This document shows positions 58,727-64,000 of a DNA stretch of 64,000 nt, piece by piece. Source of the stretch: Octopus vulgaris (taxonomy: Eukaryota); the NCBI GenBank assembly GCA_951406725.2, contig OX597825.1:81096001-81160000 (forward strand). Direction: 5' to 3'. The notes beneath the pieces were generated by a model. That model worked only from the letters and a program-made list of their open reading frames with translations. It was not told the DNA's origin and ran no database searches. The position numbers and the translations under genes were made by a program. Position 1 is the first letter of the stretch. Each line of letters opens with the position of its first letter.

Positions 58727-59050
58727 GTTTCTTTATTAGCCACACATGGCTGTACACAGACAGGACAAATTACATGGTAGAGCTTTTCTTTTGGGGGTAA
58801 AAAAGGGGGTTTGGTTTTCGATCAAAAGGGATCGTAAAAGGAAAGGAGGAGGATAAACAAGGGGGGGAGGGAAAGGAAACAAAACTGATCAATAGGGATC
58901 GTTATCACAGAAATGTCAATATAAAGTGTAAAGGGGAGGACAGGTGAGGTTTACTTGTGGAAAGAAAAGCCTATGGAAAAGACCACGGTAACCTCGGTCA
59001 ATGAAGTTACATGTTATATTTTTTTACAAACATGCAACTCTCTGTATTAA
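58727..59050 (-). mobile_element. 3' end of a Tx1-like element in (GATA)n
   Basis: Reverse-complement homolog of 20590-20736; GATA repeats on both sides. Confidence 0.6.
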
Positions 59051-59059
59051 GATAGATAT

Positions 59060-59128
<69 letters not shown>

Positions 59129-59381
59129 CAAATGGATAGAGAAGAAACAGAGATGAAGAGAGAGAAAGAGAGACAGAGACAAAGGTAAAAAAAAAGGGAG
59201 ACATCGTAAGAAAGGTAGAGGAAGAGAGAAACATAAAAGAGAGGTGTACCTGAACTCCATATTTCTCCACCGACGCCTTCCCTCCCACCGTTTTCGTATG
59301 TTCCTCCTGGCCCCTCTTTTCTTCATCCTTAATAACAATTAACAATTCAAATTATATATTAATGTCATTAACGTTATCCCG

Positions 59382-59420
<39 letters not shown>

Positions 59421-59482
59421 TAGATGCATAGATGCATACACGGACACACACTTATGCTCATACATGCAAACAAATTCATATC

Positions 59483-59581
<99 letters not shown>

Positions 59582-59872
59582 GGATATGAATTTGTGTGAG
59601 TGTGTTTGTGTTTATGTATTCATAAGTCCACGTATACAAACATATATATATATATAAAACACACATTCAACAGATACATGCATGCGTATATTTCTATCTG
59701 CCGCTGTCTGTCTGTCTGTCTGTCTCTTTCTAGCAAAATGTCTGTCACTCAAAATGCCAAATAAAGGGAAAAGAGGAATCCGTTGGGTAAATATAATAAA
59801 TATATTATACTCCATATAATAAAGGATATCAACGTATGTGTATGTATGTATGTATGTATGTATGTATGTATG

Positions 59873-59933
<61 letters not shown>

Positions 59934-59935
59934 TA

Positions 59936-60292
59936 ATAGTATCGCCCGGCGTTGCTCGGGTTTGTTTCGACCCTTTAGAATTGGAATTTTTGAAAAGTAA
60001 AAATTTCGCATTATGTAGCTTGTTATTCTCTTTAAGTGAACATTTTTCTCGTTGAAATACACCGAAAAATGGCGACACAGCAGTAAAAATATCGTAAAAA
60101 ATAAGGATCATAGCAAAAAAAATTTTTGGTGTTAAGATGGTCTGATTTGAAATTTTCCTTCTACGGAAGGAACAGCAAGCCTTCTATCATACTCTCAATT
60201 TTGGTCAACTTGCGCCTCAGGGTCTCGGAGGAGATAGTGTTAGTTGAAGGCTACCAAACCTGCCATACACAGACAACTTCAGCTTTATATAT
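59936..60292 (-). mobile_element. Non-autonomous Helitron-like element
   Basis: Minus strand begins tatataaagctgaagttgtctgtg and ends with a GC hairpin cccgagcaacgccggg plus gatacta (CTRR-like); no TIR or TSD. Confidence 0.6.
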
Positions 60293-60359
60293 ATATATAT
60301 ATATATACATACACACGCGCACACATACACACACACACACACACACGCACACACACACA

Positions 60360-60598
60360 TAAAATTATAATTTAAGGTATCTAAGAGATACCTCCACGCT
60401 GGAAATAGCAGTGAACACCTGACTCTAAAACCACATTAAATGTTCATATAGCACCAGAAGAGAAGACAAAGAGACAAAATAAACTAGCAAAAAAATCCTC
60501 CTGGTGCTACATGAACATTTAATGTGGTTTTAGAGTCAAGTTTTGACTGCTATTTCCAGCGTGAAGGTATCTCTTAGATACCCTAAATTATAATTTTA
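60360..60598. repeat. Long inverted repeat (~100 bp arms, ~40 bp spacer) between microsatellites
   Basis: taaaattataatttaaggtatctaagagatacc...tagcaccag / ctggtgcta...ggtatctcttagataccctaaattataatttta. Confidence 0.9.
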
Positions 60599-60674
60599 AA
60601 TAATTCTTACCTTTGAAGGTTTTTATTCCCATGCTCGCCACCTGATAATATCAGTATTTAAATATAGATCTTAT

Positions 60675-60776
<102 letters not shown>

Positions 60777-61099
60777 GTAAAAAGGTTGAATTAGATTCGT
60801 CCTTTAATATTGATTCTTCATATTTTGCTGGTAGTTTACAGGCGTAAATTTGTGAATATGAAAGTATTATTTGTATGTGATGTGTTGTGAAATTAGGGAA
60901 TGAAATTCCGTAAAACTCAACAATTTAGTTAAAAATGAAGAAGAGGAGTTGTTGATATATACAAGAGAATTATATGTGTGTACGTATGTATGTGTGTGTG
61001 CACGTGTGTGTGTTACCAATTTTGAGCCTCCGCAAAATCCCAAATTTAATCTAATTTGCTTTGCGTGAGCAACTGTTTTATAGAAAGCGTATATTGTTG

Positions 61100-61287
61100 T
61101 TAAATGCTCGAAATACGGGACGAGAAAAACAACCAACAACTGATGAAGGGTCGTTCTTTATGTTGTTTGTATTGTTTTCCATTTGTGTCTTTCGCTGTTC
61201 GAAAAATTAGTCCATATTCCATGTACACGTACTTCGTATTTTTTGTTGTACACGTTTCGTGACGTGCTGTGCCCACATATGCATTAT
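61100..61287 (+). mobile_element. H3-like repeat (permuted boxes) ending at (TA)n
   Basis: ctcGAAAtacggg...caaCTGATGAagggtc; tail gtgctgtgcccacatatgcat resembles the H3 tail. Confidence 0.5.
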
Positions 61288-61508
61288 ATATATATATATA
61301 TACTTTATTATCAAAGGTACAAAAACATAAAAAAATACCACGAAAACAAGATAAAGAAAACTCTTACTCAGTAACAGTTTTCTGAGTAGCAGTTTTCTGT
61401 GATATTTTGTGATATTTTTGCAGTTTTAATGATAAAGCATATTACTCTACCTTCGGTATTCGAGTTTTATTTTTCCCCATGTTGTTTTACATTTATGTGC
61501 ATACTCGG

Positions 61509-61556
<48 letters not shown>

Positions 61557-61577
61557 TATTTAAACCAGGAGAAATAT

Positions 61578-61630
61578 AACAAAAGCTGTTACTCAGAGTT
61601 TCACGTTCCCGTTCGTCGGACAGTTTTGTT
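61578..61630 (-). ncRNA. Minimal type I hammerhead ribozyme-like motif (family H5)
   Basis: Minus strand: aacaaaactgt-CCGACGA-acg-ggaa-cgt-GAAA-ctc-t-gag-TA-acagcttttgtt; 11 bp stem I with one bulge, 3 bp stem II with a GGAA loop, near-palindromic stem III, GUA triplet; U-to-C variant in box 1. Confidence 0.7.
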
Positions 61631-62459
61631 AAAATAGAACAGAAATAACGATATGATCAAAACTAGTTAAAGGATACACCTTTAAAAATGGATTTGTTTC
61701 ATTGGTCCTTTCAAATAACAGTCTTAAGCATGCGATAAACAAAAGAAACAAAACAAATGAATTCAATATAAATTATGAATTATAAACAATCGACGAAAGA
61801 CCTTAAATCGAAGAGCGGATTCAAAATACATATTGTCATTAATTATATATGAAATATAATTCGATTAATACAATTAATACATTAAAGATTAAAACATTTC
61901 ACAACAGTATATACGCATACTAAACCATCAATACATATATACATCAAAATACACAGATGGATATACACAGACCACATACATATGCAGACATATATATGCA
62001 AGACGTAAATATGCACACAAATACATATATACACATGTATACGCAATTTTGCCCGCATGCTAAAATCACTTGGTGTATATATATGTATATAGACTAGTCT
62101 ATATCGGAATTTGCAACAATGAAATAGAATTAACTCTAGGAATGATTCTTTGGTTTGACATCGACCAATTAGGGAATTGAACGTGCATCTCTTTATGCGT
62201 CCCCAAAAACTTAAGTCTCATCCAACTAAGTCAAACTGTAGTGACAACCGGGTGTGTCGCCCGCTTTCTTGCTTATGACCACTCATCAAAGGTGATGACT
62301 GTGTCTATCCAAGACGTTCGTACCCCGTCGCCTAGATCCACCTGGCACTATCTACCCGGTGAGTTGACAAGTTCCAGTAGTATTGGAATAATATTGATAA
62401 GACGTATTATTTCGTGTATTATACTATATTCCGACACACAAACACGCGCGCGCTGCATT

Positions 62460-62502
<43 letters not shown>

Positions 62503-62583
62503 GCACATGCGTTTATGCAAAAGTGTGCGCATTTATCTGTGCGTGTCTGTGTTTGTCTGTGTGAATATTATCTGTATGTTTAG

Positions 62584-62975
62584 GGCGGCGAGCTGGCAGA
62601 AACGTTAGCATGCCGGGCAAAATGCGTAGCCGTATTTCGTCTGCTGTTACGTTCTGAGTTCAAATTCCGCCGAGGTCGACTTTGCTTTTCATCCTTTCGG
62701 CGTCGATAAATTAAGTACCATTTACACAATGGGATCGATATAATCGACTTAATTCGTTTGTCTGTCCTTGTTTGTTCTCTCTGTGTTTAGCCCCTTGTGG
62801 GTAGTAAAGAAATAGGTATTTCGTCTGCCGCTACGTTCTGAGTTCAAATTCCGCCACGCTCGATTTCACCTTTCATCCTTTCAGCTTCGATAAACTAAGT
62901 ACCAGTTAAACATTGGTGTCGATTTAATCGACTTAGCCCCTGTCCCAAATCTGATGCCTTTCTGCCAAAATCTCA
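62584..62975 (+). mobile_element. SINE family A dimer
   Basis: Full head; junction gtagtaaagaaataggtatttcgtctgccg at ~62801-62830. Confidence 0.88.
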
Positions 62976-63184
62976 AGCCCACGTTACATATGTATTTCAA
63001 TAGAAATGAAATATGAAACATTTGCGGCAGTCTGATGTATGTACGTATGTGTTTATGTATGTATGTATGTATGTATGTATGTATGTATGTATGTATGTAT
63101 GTATGTATGTATGTATGTATGTATGTATGTATGTATGCTTGTATGTATGTATGTATGTATGTATGTATGTATGTACGTATGTAT

Positions 63185-63535
63185 GCATGAATTTGGTAGA
63201 CGGAAACTGAAAGAAGCCCGTCGTATATTTATGCATATGTGTTTGTGTATGTTTGTTTGTCTGTGTTTGTCCCCCCACCATCGCATGACAACTAATGCTA
63301 GTGTGTTTACGTCCCCGTAACTTAGCGGATCCGTAAAAGAGACCGATAGAATAAGTATAGAGCTTACAGAGAAAAAAGTTCTGAGGTCGATTTGTTCGAC
63401 TAAAGGCGGTGCTCCAGCATGGCCGCAGTCGAATGACCGAAACAAATAAAAGAATAAAAGAATATATATATATATATATATATATAAATGGCGGTGCCCC
63501 AGCATGGCCACAGCTCGTGAGCTGAAACTAGAATC
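63185..63535 (+). mobile_element. SINE family B, 5'-truncated, plus an extra tail fragment
   Basis: ggtagacggaaactgaaagaagcccgtcg...ggcggtgctccagcatggccgcagtc; second ggcggtgccccagcatggcc at ~63489. Confidence 0.8.
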
Positions 63536-63538
63536 AAT

Positions 63539-63605
<67 letters not shown>

Positions 63606-64000
63606 CTTGTGTGTTTGTGCGATCCATTTGAACGTATATGTGCATATAAATATATATATACGTATGTATGTATACATACATATACGTAAATGTAATATTT
63701 CCGGTATGGTAATCTATATATATTGTAAGGAATAAAAAAATCGTGTAATACAAGCATGCATACATGTATACATGATTGTACCAATTCATAAGTGGACCAG
63801 TTCATGGGTATATATATATATATATATATATACATATACGCATACATATGTACATATATGAATACATACGAACATGTACACATCCATACACAGACAGGAA
63901 CATATATACATGTATGCATGAATGAATATATCTATCTACACACACACACACACTCAGATGGTCATGTAAATTCATCAATGCATACAAAAACATGTGTGAA

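Overview
AT-rich, repeat-saturated eukaryotic genomic DNA, most likely from an octopus/coleoid cephalopod. This is inferred from the extreme microsatellite load and from SINE families that resemble octopus ones; no database search was run. I found no convincing intact protein-coding gene, and almost every ORF in the track is translated microsatellite. Identifiable content: (i) at least three tRNA-headed SINE families in about 30 copies or fragments; (ii) decayed non-LTR retrotransposon pieces (Tx1/L1 RT and 3' ends, an R4/Dong endonuclease end, a CR1/L2-like piece); (iii) DNA transposons (a maT/DD37D-like and a Tc1 transposase relic; pogo/Tigger-like, Tc1/mariner and hAT MITEs; a non-autonomous Helitron); (iv) a near-identical ~1.14 kb tandem duplication and several long inverted repeats. 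The most notable signal is about a dozen hammerhead-ribozyme-like motifs (CYGANGA-stem-GAAA) in several distinct short repeat families. These sit in (TA)n/(AAT)n tracts, often as inverted pairs, consistent with Penelope-like pseudo-LTRs or retrozyme-like elements. A subset shows the two core boxes in permuted order. Coordinates were read by eye and repeat edges are approximate.
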